Shown one piece after another: positions 8,858 through 18,118 of a stretch of DNA of 64,000 nt. Position numbers and translations under genes: made by a program. The stretch's first letter is position 1, and the number at the start of each line of letters is the position of its first letter. Source of the DNA: Thermoplasmata archaeon (lineage in GTDB: Archaea; Thermoplasmatota; Thermoplasmata; Lutacidiplasmatales; UBA184). Below the pieces are notes generated by a model. That model was given only the letters and a program-made list of their open reading frames with translations, was not told where the DNA came from and did no database searches. Where the stretch lies: assembly GCA_035625165.1 (NCBI GenBank), contig DASPQC010000009.1:9791-73790 (forward strand). Reading direction: 5' to 3'.

Positions 8858-10162
8858 TCACGGCGTGTGGCGGGAAGGGGTGCGCGGGAACGGCGTCGTC
8901 TCCCGAATGTGGTCGCGGCGGAGCATCCACCGGAGGAGGCGTTCGATTCCGAGGCCGAAGCCGGCGTGCGGGACGTTCCCGTGACGTCGCAGGTCGAGGT
9001 ACCACTCGTACTCCTTCACGTCGGCGCCGATCTCGCGGATCCGTTCGGTGAGCCGCGGGATGTCGGTCTCACGGCAGGACGCCCCGACGACCTCGCCGTA
9101 CCCCTCGGGAGCGAGGAGGTCGGCGGCCTCGACCGTCCGAGGGTCGTCCGGCGAGCGGAGCATGTAGAACGCCTTGAGCTCCCGCGGAAAGTGGGTGAGG
9201 AACATCGGGGTCTTTTCCTCGAGTGTCAACGCCCGCTCCTCGGCCGTGCCGAGGTCGCTCCCCCAGTGGACGGAAAGGCCCGCGGCCTGCAACCGCTCGA
9301 TCGCCTTCGCGTAGGTAAGGCGCGGGAATGGCGGTTGGATCGCGAGCAGCTCCGCGGGAGGGCGGCCGAGCTGAGCGAGCTCGTTCGGCCGGCGCTCGGC
9401 GACCGTGTGGAGGACGGTCGCGAACATCCGCTCCGTGAACTCGAGGAGATGGTCGAAGTCGCACCACGCGAGCTCCACCTCGAGGTTCAGGAACTCGGTC
9501 AGGTGACGGGGCGTGCGCGACTTCTCTGCACGGAACGACGGGGTGAGCGCCCAGACCCGTTCGTGGGGGAAGAGGAGCGCTTCGAGGTAGAGCTGCGCCG
9601 TCTGGGAGAGGTAGCCCGGGCGGCCGAAGTAGTCGATCTGGAACGCCTCCGCCCCGCCCTCCGCCGCGTTCCCCGAGAGGATCGGGGGCGTCATCTCGAG
9701 GATGTCCTCGCGGTCGAAGAACTCGCGGAACGCGCGGAGCACCTCCGCCTTCACGCGGAAGGTCGCGACGTGTTCCTGGGAGCGAATGGCGAGGTGGCGC
9801 ATGTCGAGGCGGAACTCCTCCGTTTGCTCCGCGAAGATCGGGAATGGCTCGCCGGCGTCGACCACCGTGATGGTGGTCGCTCGCACCTCCCGCCCCCCGG
9901 GCGCGCGCCGGTCCTCGGCGACCGTCCCCTCGACCCAGACCGCCCCTTCGACCTGCACGTGCTCGGCCGCGTCGAACGCGGCGTCGCCGAGCGCGTCCCG
10001 ACGGGCGGTCACTTGGATGACGCCGGTCCGGTCGCGGAGGACGACGAACAGGATCCCTCCCGACGACCGGGAGCGGAGCACCCAGCCCCTCAGTCGGACG
10101 GAGACGCCCATCGCGTCGGGCGCGAACGCCCGCTGGATCGGGTCGAATTCGGGGGCCGTCAC
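8858..10162 (-). CDS. asnS: Asparagine--tRNA ligase (class IIb)
   Basis: 'SFRAEKSRTPRHLTEF', 'GYGEVVGASCRE', 'YEWYLDLRRHGNVPHAGFGLGIERLLRW' and 'FPRTPSR' are present. The YEWYLDLRR block is AsnRS-type rather than AspRS-type. Start set at GTG 10162 (GTGA overlap with the tfs stop, giving 434 aa), with ATG 10189 as the alternative. The 593-aa track ORF is an upstream read-through. Confidence 0.85.
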   Translation of the reverse strand: MTAPEFDPIQRAFAPDAMGVSVRLRGWVLRSRSSGGILFVVLRDRTGVIQVTARRDALGDAAFDAAEHVQVEGAVWVEGTVAEDRRAPGGREVRATTITVVDAGEPFPIFAEQTEEFRLDMRHLAIRSQEHVATFRVKAEVLRAFREFFDREDILEMTPPILSGNAAEGGAEAFQIDYFGRPGYLSQTAQLYLEALLFPHERVWALTPSFRAEKSRTPRHLTEFLNLEVELAWCDFDHLLEFTERMFATVLHTVAERRPNELAQLGRPPAELLAIQPPFPRLTYAKAIERLQAAGLSVHWGSDLGTAEERALTLEEKTPMFLTHFPRELKAFYMLRSPDDPRTVEAADLLAPEGYGEVVGASCRETDIPRLTERIREIGADVKEYEWYLDLRRHGNVPHAGFGLGIERLLRWMLRRDHIRETTPFPRTPSRHTP

Positions 10163-10467
10163 TGGTACTCCCGCCACTTGTGCCCGCATTTCGTGCACTC
10201 GAAGATGCGGGTCTCGGGCTCGTCCGCGCCCCGCGTCTGGCGCAGGACCCAGTAGGCCTCGCCGTTCCCGCACTTCGGACACTGCTCCGCGGTCTTGGGG
10301 AGCGTGGCGTGCTTCACCTCGACCACCGCGACGTCGCGAGGACGGGCGGTCGTGTGACGCACCTCGACCCCCTTGCCCAAAGGCACGGTCGCCCCGCAGG
10401 AGGCGCACCGCCAGACTCCGTGGGCCCGGTCGGGGCGCATGAGACGTTTGCAGTTCGGACAGAACAT
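10159..10467 (-). CDS. tfs: Transcription factor S (TFS / RpoM-like)
   Basis: N-terminal zinc ribbon 'CPNCKRLM...CASCG' and a C-terminal TFIIS-type ribbon 'CPKCGNGEAYWVLRQTRGADEPETRIFECTKCGHKW'. Confidence 0.9.
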   Translation of the reverse strand: MFCPNCKRLMRPDRAHGVWRCASCGATVPLGKGVEVRHTTARPRDVAVVEVKHATLPKTAEQCPKCGNGEAYWVLRQTRGADEPETRIFECTKCGHKWREYQ

Positions 10468-10490
10468 GGGCGGCTCTCGAGCGGGACGGG

Positions 10491-10498
10491 GTTATTTG
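10491..10498 (-). promoter_or_regulatory. Candidate TATA box for tfs-asnS
   Basis: GTTATTTG (minus strand CAAATAAC) about 28 nt upstream of ATG 10467. Confidence 0.35.
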
Positions 10499-10518
10499 AC
10501 GCTTGGGCCCGAAGCCCG

Positions 10519-11925
10519 CTAGCTCAGACGGAGCTCCGGGGCCGCGGCACTGGACGGCGGAGCGTCCGGGGGTGCGACGCTCAGCGGGAGCGGGGAGGCC
10601 TTCGCCCCCGGCGCGGTGAGCTTCCGCATATGCTCCCACCGGCGCGCGAGGTCCTCCTTCGTGCCGATGTCGTGACGGAGGTAGTAGGTCCCGGTTACGT
10701 GGCGGAGCGCCGCCTCGACCCGCTGGCCGGCCTCGTGGATCGCGCTCGCCTCTCCGACGAGGGCGACCCCGCGAGAGGTCCCGAGCCGTACGGTCCCGGG
10801 CCCGGCGGCTTCGACGCTCCCGTAGACGACGTGCACGCCCTCGGCTTCGATCGCTTCCTCGTCAAGAGTGAGGAGCCCGCCGGCCTGGACCCGGCCCCCG
10901 TAGCCGGGGGGGACGAGGTACTTGACCACCGTCGACCGGAGGCGGAACTGGAGGAGGTTCGGGTCGACCCGGCCCATCGCGACGCCGCGGAGGAGTTCGG
11001 AGAAGTCTCCCTTCTCGTAGAGGGTGAGGGTGTTGATCCCTTCCGGGTCGCCGAAGCGGGCGTTGAACTCGAGGAGGCGGGGTCCGGCGGCGGTGAGGAG
11101 ATACCCCCCGTAGAGGATGCCGCGGTAACTCAGTCCTTCCGCTCGGATTGCTGCGACGGCGGCATGAAGGGTCTCGAGGGCCCGGTCACGGTCGGCCCCG
11201 GCGACGAACGGGAGGAGGTGGTCCCGCTGCGAGTAGGAACCCATCCCGCCGGTGTTGCCCCCTTGGTCTCCCTCGAGCGCGCGCTTGAAGTCCTGGACGA
11301 GGGGCATCGGGTAGACCCCCGAATCGGTCACGAACGCCATCAGGCTGAACTCCTCGCCCTCGAGCTTCTCCTCGAGGAGGACCCGGCCCCCTTGGAGGAG
11401 GATCGACTTCGCGTAGACGGCCCCCTCCTTCGCGTCGGCGAAATCGAGGCCCTGGACCCACACCCCCTTGCCGGCGGTGAGCCCGTCGGGCTTCACGACG
11501 AACGGCTGGGGGAAGCTCGCGAGCGCCCGGTCGACCTCCTCGAGCGTCGCGGGGGCGACCCACCGCGGCTGCCCCGGCACCGAGTGGCGGGCGAGGAGCT
11601 CGCGGCAGTAGAGCTTGGAGGTCTCGATCCGAGCCGCCTCCCGGCCCGGTCCCACCGTGGGGATCTGGGCAGCGCGGAGGGCGTCCGCGACGCCCGTCCC
11701 GAGCGGGGCCTCCGGGCCGATGACGGCCGCCTGCACACGCTCGCGCCGGGCAAACTCGACCACGCGGTCCGCCTTGGTCGGGTCGACCCGGGCCGTCGCC
11801 CGAGCGATCCGGTCGAGGCCGGGGTTGGCGTTCGCGCTCGCCACGACGACCTCGACCTCGGCGAGGGCGAGCGTTCGGGCGATCGCGTGTTCTCGGGCTC
11901 CTCCGCCCACGACCAGCCAGCGCAT
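10519..11925 (-). CDS. purD: Phosphoribosylamine--glycine ligase
   Basis: 'RWLVVGGGAREHAIA', 'VVKPDGLTAGKGV', 'GGNTGGMGSY' and 'LLEFNARFGDPE'. Start at ATG 11925, with a TTATAG box about 32 nt upstream. There is a Pro/Ala-rich C-terminal extension. Confidence 0.9.
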   Translation of the reverse strand: MRWLVVGGGAREHAIARTLALAEVEVVVASANANPGLDRIARATARVDPTKADRVVEFARRERVQAAVIGPEAPLGTGVADALRAAQIPTVGPGREAARIETSKLYCRELLARHSVPGQPRWVAPATLEEVDRALASFPQPFVVKPDGLTAGKGVWVQGLDFADAKEGAVYAKSILLQGGRVLLEEKLEGEEFSLMAFVTDSGVYPMPLVQDFKRALEGDQGGNTGGMGSYSQRDHLLPFVAGADRDRALETLHAAVAAIRAEGLSYRGILYGGYLLTAAGPRLLEFNARFGDPEGINTLTLYEKGDFSELLRGVAMGRVDPNLLQFRLRSTVVKYLVPPGYGGRVQAGGLLTLDEEAIEAEGVHVVYGSVEAAGPGTVRLGTSRGVALVGEASAIHEAGQRVEAALRHVTGTYYLRHDIGTKEDLARRWEHMRKLTAPGAKASPLPLSVAPPDAPPSSAAAPELRLS

Positions 11926-11954
11926 GGACGACCCCTCCGCGGAGCCGACGCGGG

Positions 11955-11960
11955 TTATAG
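11955..11960 (-). promoter_or_regulatory. Candidate TATA box for purD
   Basis: TTATAG (minus strand CTATAA) about 32 nt upstream of ATG 11925. This supports the internal start. Confidence 0.35.
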
Positions 11961-12056
11961 GCGCGTCGGGCGACTCCCGGGAACCACCGAGAGGAGCCAC
12001 CTCCGTCCCGCCACGCTTAAGAAGCGGTCGTTGGTGGCCCGGCTCCCGGGGCGCCG

Positions 12057-12344
12057 ATGGAGCTTCGCGTCATCGAGAAGGAACACGACCTGCTCCGCGT
12101 CGAGTTCCCGAGAGGGGAGGAGACGCTCCTCATTCCGCTGGTCGAGGCCCTGCAGGAGGAGGAGAAGGTCGTCGAGGCCCGCTACTTCCTCGGCCACCCG
12201 TTCCTCGACCGCCCGACCCTTCTCGTCCGAACGAAGGGGGAGCGACCCCAGCAGGTGCTGAAGCGGGTGCTGAAGGACCTCGCGGACCTCTACGGCGACC
12301 TCCTGACCGACTTCGAGAAAAAGGCCGACAAGGTCAAGGCCTGA
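12057..12344 (+). CDS. rpoL: DNA-directed RNA polymerase subunit L (Rpo11)
   Basis: 95 aa. 'LRVEFPRGEETLLIPLVEALQEEEKVVEARYFLGHPFLD' resembles the RBP11-like dimerisation fold. Confidence 0.75.
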   Translation: MELRVIEKEHDLLRVEFPRGEETLLIPLVEALQEEEKVVEARYFLGHPFLDRPTLLVRTKGERPQQVLKRVLKDLADLYGDLLTDFEKKADKVKA

Positions 12345-12357
12345 CGGACCGGGCGAC

Positions 12358-13035
12358 ATGCTGAAGGAGTGCGCCCAGCACGGGTACTTCCGAGCGGAGG
12401 CCTGCCCGGTCTGCGGGCAGCCCGGTCGGTTTCTGATGAACGACCGGGAGCTCGACCACCTGGGGCGGATCCTCACCGGCATCCTCCGTCACTTCCCCGA
12501 CCGTTATGGGCTCCAGGTCGACGCCCACGGCTGGGTCCCCCTCGCCCAGATCGCCCGCGCGATCTCGCAGAAGCACCCGCCGTACCACTGGCTACGCGTC
12601 CAGCACTTGGTCGCGATCGCCGAGACGGACGCGAAGGGCCGCTACGAGGTTCGAGACGACCGGGTCCGGGCGACCTACGGCCACACGGTGGATGTCGACT
12701 TGGACCTCCCGACCGAGAACATCCCGGACCAGCTCTACTTCCCGGTGACCCCCGAGGAGGCGTCCATCGTCCTCGAGGTGGGGCTCAAGCCGTCCGACCG
12801 AAAGAAGGTCCACCTGTCGAAGACGGCGGGCGACGCCCTCGCCGCGGGTCGCGTGCGGACCCCCGAACCGACCCTCCTCGAGATCGACGCGAGGCAGGCC
12901 CGTACGGACGGGATCGTGATCAAGCGAGCGGGAAAGACCGTCTACCTAGTGGACGGGGTGCCCGCCCAGTACCTCAAACGGTTCGAGGGGACGGTCGAAT
13001 CTCCCGAGGGCCCGGCCGAAGACGTCCCGCCGTAG
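12358..13035 (+). CDS. kptA: RNA 2'-phosphotransferase (Tpt1/KptA family)
   Basis: 'LGRILTGILRHFPDRYGLQVDAHGWVPL', 'RATYGHTV' and 'KVHLS' blocks, plus an N-terminal Cys/His knuckle 'CAQHGYFRAEACPVCG'. Confidence 0.85.
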   Translation: MLKECAQHGYFRAEACPVCGQPGRFLMNDRELDHLGRILTGILRHFPDRYGLQVDAHGWVPLAQIARAISQKHPPYHWLRVQHLVAIAETDAKGRYEVRDDRVRATYGHTVDVDLDLPTENIPDQLYFPVTPEEASIVLEVGLKPSDRKKVHLSKTAGDALAAGRVRTPEPTLLEIDARQARTDGIVIKRAGKTVYLVDGVPAQYLKRFEGTVESPEGPAEDVPP

Positions 13036-13038
13036 CGC

Positions 13039-13662
13039 CTATCCGAACCCCTCGTCCCCGACGTTCGACTCGTACTCGGTCGTGATGTAGACCGTGACCG
13101 AGAGGTGGGTGGAGGGAGCGTACGGGTTCTCGAACACGAAGTAGAAATTGTCGGTGTAGGGCGCCGAGTAGATGATCCGGCCCGTGGGAGACGGCAGGAT
13201 CGTGTAGGCCGGGCTGGCCTCCGAGTGCGAGTAGAAGTCGACGAACTCGGTGGAGTTATAGACCGCGAGCTCGACCGAGGCGCCGGAGGGGGTCAGGCTC
13301 GTGAAGTTCCCGACGACGTAGTCGCCCCCCGTGATCTCGCCCGAGATGACGGTGAAGTTGCCCGGCCCGATGAGGTAGGAGCCCGCGGTGGTGAGAGGGT
13401 CGGGGACGTTCGGCTCCCCTTGGAGCGCGACCGAGACCAACGAGTAGGTCAGGGCGGCGATCACGCCGACCACGATGAGGGTGCGGACCGCTCCGATGAG
13501 GCGCAGCCGGGTGCGCAGGCGACGGGGGGCCCGGCGAGCCGACTCCGCGGGAAGCGGATCCTCTGCGCCACAGATCGTGCACTTCCGGGCCCCCGGGGGC
13601 ACCGCCACGCCGCAGAAACGACACTCCCCCCAGGTCGCTCGAGCCGATGGCGCCGACGGCAT
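13039..13662 (-). CDS. Hypothetical membrane-anchored zinc-ribbon protein
   Basis: 'CRFCGVAVPPGARKCTICG', then one TM helix 'LIGAVRTLIVVGVIAALTYSLV', then a Tyr/Ser/Thr-rich beta-like ectodomain. Start set at ATG 13662, downstream of the aldehyde dehydrogenase stop. Confidence 0.55.
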   Translation of the reverse strand: MPSAPSARATWGECRFCGVAVPPGARKCTICGAEDPLPAESARRAPRRLRTRLRLIGAVRTLIVVGVIAALTYSLVSVALQGEPNVPDPLTTAGSYLIGPGNFTVISGEITGGDYVVGNFTSLTPSGASVELAVYNSTEFVDFYSHSEASPAYTILPSPTGRIIYSAPYTDNFYFVFENPYAPSTHLSVTVYITTEYESNVGDEGFG

Positions 13663-13720
13663 GGGCGGTCGACGGCCCGTTCTGCCTTTTGGGGTTTCGT
13701 ACGAACCAGGGCGAGGGAGT

Positions 13721-15199
13721 TCAGCCCTTGCGCTTCGGAGGTGCGAGGTGCACGAGGACGTTCTTCCGGCGAGTGTAGTTCTCGACCACGCGCCGTCCCT
13801 GCTCAAACCCGAGGCCGCTCGCCTTGAACCCGCCGAACGGCGTCTGCGGGAAGGAGGTCGGAGGCTCGTTCACGGTCACCATGCCGGCCTCGAGCCGACG
13901 CGCGGTCGAGTGCGCGGTCACGAGGTCGCGGGTCCAGAGCGCCGCGAAGAGGCCGTAGCGGGTGTCGTTCGCGATCCGTATCGCCTCCTCGGCGTCCGTA
14001 AAGGAGAACGTCGCCAGCACCGGCCCGAAGATCTCCTCCCGCACCGCCCGCGACGCCGGAGGGACATCGGTCAGCACCGTAGGCAGCACGAAGTTCCCGT
14101 CTGCCAGCTTCGGGTCAGGGGCACGGCGCCCGCCGGCGAGGACCTTCCCGCCCTCCGACAGCGCGGCTTCGATGTACTCGAGGACGCGAGCGGCCTGGTC
14201 GCGGGAGACGAGGGGGCCCATGTCGACCCCCTCCTCCAGACCGGGGCCGAGGCGCATCGCCTCCGCGATCGGTCGGAGGCGCTCGAGCAGGGGAGCTCGA
14301 ACGCTTTCGTGCACGATCAGGCGGGAGGCGGCCCAGCACATCTGGCCGGCGTTCCCGAAGATCCCGTAGGCGATTCCTTTCGCCGCCCGCTCGAGGTCGG
14401 CGTCCGGAAAGACGATCACCGGGCTCTTCCCGCCGAGCTCGAGGGTGGTCGGGATGACCCGCCGCGCCGCGATCGCGGCGACCCGTTCCCCCACCTCTCC
14501 GCTGCCGGTGAACGAGAGCGAGGCACACCGCGGGTCGGCGACCAGAGCCTCCCCGATCTCACCGCCGTTACCCGGGACCACGTTGAAGATGCCGGGGGGA
14601 ACACCGGCAGTGGCCGCGAGTCGGGCGACGGCGAGGGCGGTGAGCGGCGTAAGGCTCGCCGGCTTGAGGACGACCGAGTTCCCCGCGGCCAGCGCGGGGG
14701 CGACCGAGCGCATCGCGAGGAGGAGCGGGTAGTTCCACGGGGCGATGTGGACCGTGACCCCGAGCGGCTCGCGGACGGTGTAGTCGAACCGCGGCCCCGA
14801 GACGGGAATCGTTTCGCCCTCGAGCTTGTCGGCGAGCCCCGCGACGTACTCGAAGGTCCGCACGACGTAGTTGAGGTCGACCTTCGACTCGCGGAGGGTC
14901 TTCCCCATGTTCCGCGTCTCGAGACGGGCGAGCGTCTCCGCCTCGGACTCGAGGAGGCCGGCGAGCCGGAACAGTGCCTTCGCCCGACGCGCGCCGTCGT
15001 CCGAGGCCCAGTTGGACTCGCGGAACGCCCTCTCCGCGACTTCCATCGCCTGCCGCGCGTCGTCGACGCCGCCGACCGCCACGCGGGCGAGCGGGCGGTT
15101 GGTTGCCGGGTCGAGCAGCGTCCGCGTCTCCCCGCGGGTGCCCGGGACCTCTTCACCGCCGATGAGGAGGCCCTCGACTTTCTCCGAGGAACTGGCCAT
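13721..15199 (-). CDS. NAD(P)+-dependent aldehyde dehydrogenase
   Basis: 'ELGGKSP', the catalytic Cys context 'FGNAGQMCWAASR' and 'EEIFGPV'. Start at ATG 15199. Confidence 0.9.
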   Translation of the reverse strand: MASSSEKVEGLLIGGEEVPGTRGETRTLLDPATNRPLARVAVGGVDDARQAMEVAERAFRESNWASDDGARRAKALFRLAGLLESEAETLARLETRNMGKTLRESKVDLNYVVRTFEYVAGLADKLEGETIPVSGPRFDYTVREPLGVTVHIAPWNYPLLLAMRSVAPALAAGNSVVLKPASLTPLTALAVARLAATAGVPPGIFNVVPGNGGEIGEALVADPRCASLSFTGSGEVGERVAAIAARRVIPTTLELGGKSPVIVFPDADLERAAKGIAYGIFGNAGQMCWAASRLIVHESVRAPLLERLRPIAEAMRLGPGLEEGVDMGPLVSRDQAARVLEYIEAALSEGGKVLAGGRRAPDPKLADGNFVLPTVLTDVPPASRAVREEIFGPVLATFSFTDAEEAIRIANDTRYGLFAALWTRDLVTAHSTARRLEAGMVTVNEPPTSFPQTPFGGFKASGLGFEQGRRVVENYTRRKNVLVHLAPPKRKG

Positions 15200-15306
15200 C
15201 GGTGCCGACCGCCACCGCACGGGGCCCACTTAGATGTTGGGGACCGGGCGTTCGCTGGGGAGAGGGCGGAGCTCCGAGCCGCACCGGCGGTCGCAGGGCT
15301 CCTGGG

Positions 15307-16449
15307 TCAGCCCTGCCACCGGTACGACCTTCCTTTCCACACGATCGGCCGATGACGGACCCCGCGGCGGATCGAGGTGGCGACGACGGCCAGGTAGAAG
15401 CCCACGGCGACGGGGAAGAGGAGACCGTAGATCCACGGGGCGCCGAGCGACCGGGTGAACGCGACGTGCTTCCCGAACAGCGCGAGGTAGAGGAACGCGC
15501 CCATCCCTGCGAGGTAGGGATCCTGGGTGGCGACCCCGAGAGGGAGGAGACCGAGCGGCAGCAGGAACAGGCCGACCAGCCCGACCATGAAGCCGAGCTG
15601 CCGTGCGGTCGAGTAGTCCGTCCCGTGGATGTTCTTGAGCAGCCCCTCCCTCATCTCGGCGCGAGTTCGGTACATCCGGGTCCGCGCAAGCTCGGGAGCC
15701 CAAGCAAGCCGGAGCGTTCGGCCCGCCGCTCGGAACCGCCGCGCGAGGGCGACGTCCTCGAGGACGAGCCCTCGGACGGCCTCGTGCCCTCCGAGCTGTA
15801 CGTAGTCGTCCCGCCGGACGAGGAGGAACTGTCCGTTCGCGAGCGCGGCCCGGGAATCCCGGCGGTTGACCCGGGGGCTGCGGAAGTAGGTCAACACCAT
15901 CTGGACGAAGAACGGGAGGACGGTCCGTTCCCAGAAGCCGACCATCTCCACCTTCGCCCCGATCGACGCGAGCGAAGCGTCTTCTCGCTCGGCCCAGTCG
16001 ACCACGGTCCGAACGGCGGCCGGATGCGTGCCCACGTCGGCGTCCAGAAACAGGACCCATTCACCATCGGTCGCCCGTGCCCCGACGGAGCAGGCCCAGT
16101 TCTTGCCGACCCACCCTTCGGGGAGGGGGGGCTCCTCGAAAAGGCGGACACGTGGCGCGAACGTTTTCGCGATCTCGCGAGTACGGTCGGTCGACCCGCC
16201 GTCCACCACCACGACCTCGAGGTTCGGGTAGTCCTGAGCCAAGATCGCCTGCAGCGTCGACGGAAGGTCGAGTTCCTCGTTCCGCGCCGCGATGACGACA
16301 CTCACCTTGCGACGGGTTGGGATCGTGGAGGAGGGAGGCAGCGGATGGAGCAGGGGCATCTGGTAGGCGAAGAGAATCGCCAGCCCCTGGTAGAGCAGCA
16401 CGGCGACCGCGGCCGCGAGGAGGAGAACGTCTACCCCGAGGGGGAGCAT
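15307..16449 (-). CDS. Family 2 glycosyltransferase with flanking TM helices
   Basis: 'VSVVIAARNEE', 'VVVVDGGSTDRT' and the DxD motif in 'LFLDADV', with N- and C-terminal hydrophobic helices. Confidence 0.8.
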   Translation of the reverse strand: MLPLGVDVLLLAAAVAVLLYQGLAILFAYQMPLLHPLPPSSTIPTRRKVSVVIAARNEELDLPSTLQAILAQDYPNLEVVVVDGGSTDRTREIAKTFAPRVRLFEEPPLPEGWVGKNWACSVGARATDGEWVLFLDADVGTHPAAVRTVVDWAEREDASLASIGAKVEMVGFWERTVLPFFVQMVLTYFRSPRVNRRDSRAALANGQFLLVRRDDYVQLGGHEAVRGLVLEDVALARRFRAAGRTLRLAWAPELARTRMYRTRAEMREGLLKNIHGTDYSTARQLGFMVGLVGLFLLPLGLLPLGVATQDPYLAGMGAFLYLALFGKHVAFTRSLGAPWIYGLLFPVAVGFYLAVVATSIRRGVRHRPIVWKGRSYRWQG

Positions 16450-16469
16450 CCCCCGCCGTAGACCGACCC

Positions 16470-16477
16470 TAATAAAG
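16470..16477. promoter_or_regulatory. Candidate shared (bidirectional) TATA element between the GT2 and hef-like genes
   Basis: TAATAAAG is the only A/T-rich element in the 52-nt divergent spacer. It lies about 25 nt from ATG 16449 (minus) and about 28 nt from GTG 16502 (plus). Confidence 0.4.
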
Positions 16478-16501
16478 CGGCGCCCACTCGCCCGGGGAAG
16501 G

Positions 16502-18118
16502 GTGGAGGGCGTGGGGACTGTCGAACATCCGCGCGTCCGTCCAGGTACCCTGGAAGACCGGGTGTACCAAGCGTCGATCGCTCAGGTGGCGTCCGACCGA
16601 AACACACTGGTTGTCCTGCCTACGGGCCTCGGCAAGACGGCGATCGCGCTCCGCGTCATCGCGGAAGCGCTGCTCCGCGCGCCGACGCGCTCGGTACTGT
16701 TCCTTGCTCCGACCCGCCCGCTCGTAGTACAGCACGCCCGCGAGGTCGCGCGGACGCTCTTCGCCCCCGAGCCGCTCGTCCTCACCGGCGCGATTCCCCC
16801 CGACCGACGGGCCGCGCTCCTCCATCCCCCCCAGGTGATCGTCGCGACTCCGCAGGTCGTGGCGAACGACCTCGAGGACGGCCAGTTCCCGCTCGACACG
16901 CTCTCGCTGATCGTGTTCGACGAAGCGCACCGGGCCGTGGGAGACTACCCCTACGCCGTCATCGGGAAGGCGAACCGGGAGGGCCCCCGCGCCCGCGTGC
17001 TCGCGATGACCGCCTCCCCCGGAGGGAACCTCGCCCGGATTCAGGAAGTGTGGGCGCACCTCGGTATCGAGCGGTTCGAGTACCGCACGGAGCAGAGCCC
17101 GGACGTCGCCCCCTACCTTCACGGAATCGGCGTTGAGACGGTGACCGTTCCGGTCCCCGTGGAGGTCCGCCATCTCGCGATTCTGCTGCGCGCCGCGGTC
17201 CAGCGACAGCTGGACGTCCTCCGCCGCCTCGACCTTCTGCCGGCCGGGGAAGCGACCCGGCGAGCGTTGCTCGAGGTCGGGAGCCGACTCCACCAACGGG
17301 TCGCGGTCGAGCGGGCGCAGGGCGCAACGTCCTCGGGGACCCTCTGGCAGGCCGTCACGGCCCAGGCGGCCGCGATGAAGGGCCTGCACGCCCTCGAGCT
17401 CATCGAGAGCCAGGGAGTGGACGCCCTCCGCGAGTTCCTCTCGCGGCAGACGCCCGCCCCGGGGAAGCGCTGGACTCCCTCTCAGCGGGCGTTCCTCACG
17501 GACGAGGATGTCCGGAAGGTCCAGGAGATCCTCCGGGAGATCACCCTCGAGCACCCGAAGGTCGCGACGACCGTTCGCATCGTGCGGGACGAGCTGCACG
17601 CGAAAGCCGGCGCACGCGTCATCGTCTTCTCCCAGTATCGCGACACCGTCGACCGGCTCGTCGAGGAGTTCGATCACCTCAACGACCCCAAGGTGCGGGC
17701 GGCCCGTTTCGTCGGGCAGGCGGCCCGCGGCGAGGAGGTCGGACTCTCCCAGAAGGTGCAGGTGCACCTCCTCGACCGGTTCCGAGCAGGCGACATCAAC
17801 TGCCTCGTAGCTACCTCGGTCGCGGAGGAGGGGTTGGACATCCCGGCGACCGACCTAGTCGTCTTCTACGAGCCGATCCCGGACGTCATCCGGACGATCC
17901 AGCGCCGCGGGCGGACGGGCCGGGCCCGGACCGGACGGGCCGTCGTGCTGGTCGCCGACGGCACGCGGGACGTCGGCCTGAACCGGGCCGCCTTCTCCCG
18001 CGAGCGGCGGATGCACGAGATGCTCGAGCGAGTGCAGTACGGGGCCGAGCACGGACAGGCCCCTCCGGCGCCGGAACCGAAGCGGCGACAGAAGCTGCTG
18101 AGCGAGTTCCCGGGCTAG
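16502..18118 (+). CDS. hef: Hef/FANCM-like SF2 helicase (helicase-only, no XPF nuclease domain)
   Basis: Motif I 'VVLPTGLGKTAIA', motif II 'IVFDEAHRA', motif III 'MTASPG', motif V 'LVATSVAEEGLDIP' and motif VI 'IQRRGRTGR'. The ORF ends about 40 aa after motif VI. Confidence 0.8.
   Translation: MEGVGTVEHPRVRPGTLEDRVYQASIAQVASDRNTLVVLPTGLGKTAIALRVIAEALLRAPTRSVLFLAPTRPLVVQHAREVARTLFAPEPLVLTGAIPPDRRAALLHPPQVIVATPQVVANDLEDGQFPLDTLSLIVFDEAHRAVGDYPYAVIGKANREGPRARVLAMTASPGGNLARIQEVWAHLGIERFEYRTEQSPDVAPYLHGIGVETVTVPVPVEVRHLAILLRAAVQRQLDVLRRLDLLPAGEATRRALLEVGSRLHQRVAVERAQGATSSGTLWQAVTAQAAAMKGLHALELIESQGVDALREFLSRQTPAPGKRWTPSQRAFLTDEDVRKVQEILREITLEHPKVATTVRIVRDELHAKAGARVIVFSQYRDTVDRLVEEFDHLNDPKVRAARFVGQAARGEEVGLSQKVQVHLLDRFRAGDINCLVATSVAEEGLDIPATDLVVFYEPIPDVIRTIQRRGRTGRARTGRAVVLVADGTRDVGLNRAAFSRERRMHEMLERVQYGAEHGQAPPAPEPKRRQKLLSEFPG

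Noticed and set aside
8858-10162. Aspartyl-tRNA synthetase call
   Set aside because: The motif 3 region 'YEWYLDLRRHGNVPHAGFGLG' and 'GYGEVVGASCRE' match the AsnRS pattern rather than the archaeal AspRS pattern.
10180-12261. 693-aa plus-strand ORF
   Set aside because: It is antisense to tfs and purD, both of which have clear family motifs. The composition is low-complexity Arg/Gly/Pro/Glu.
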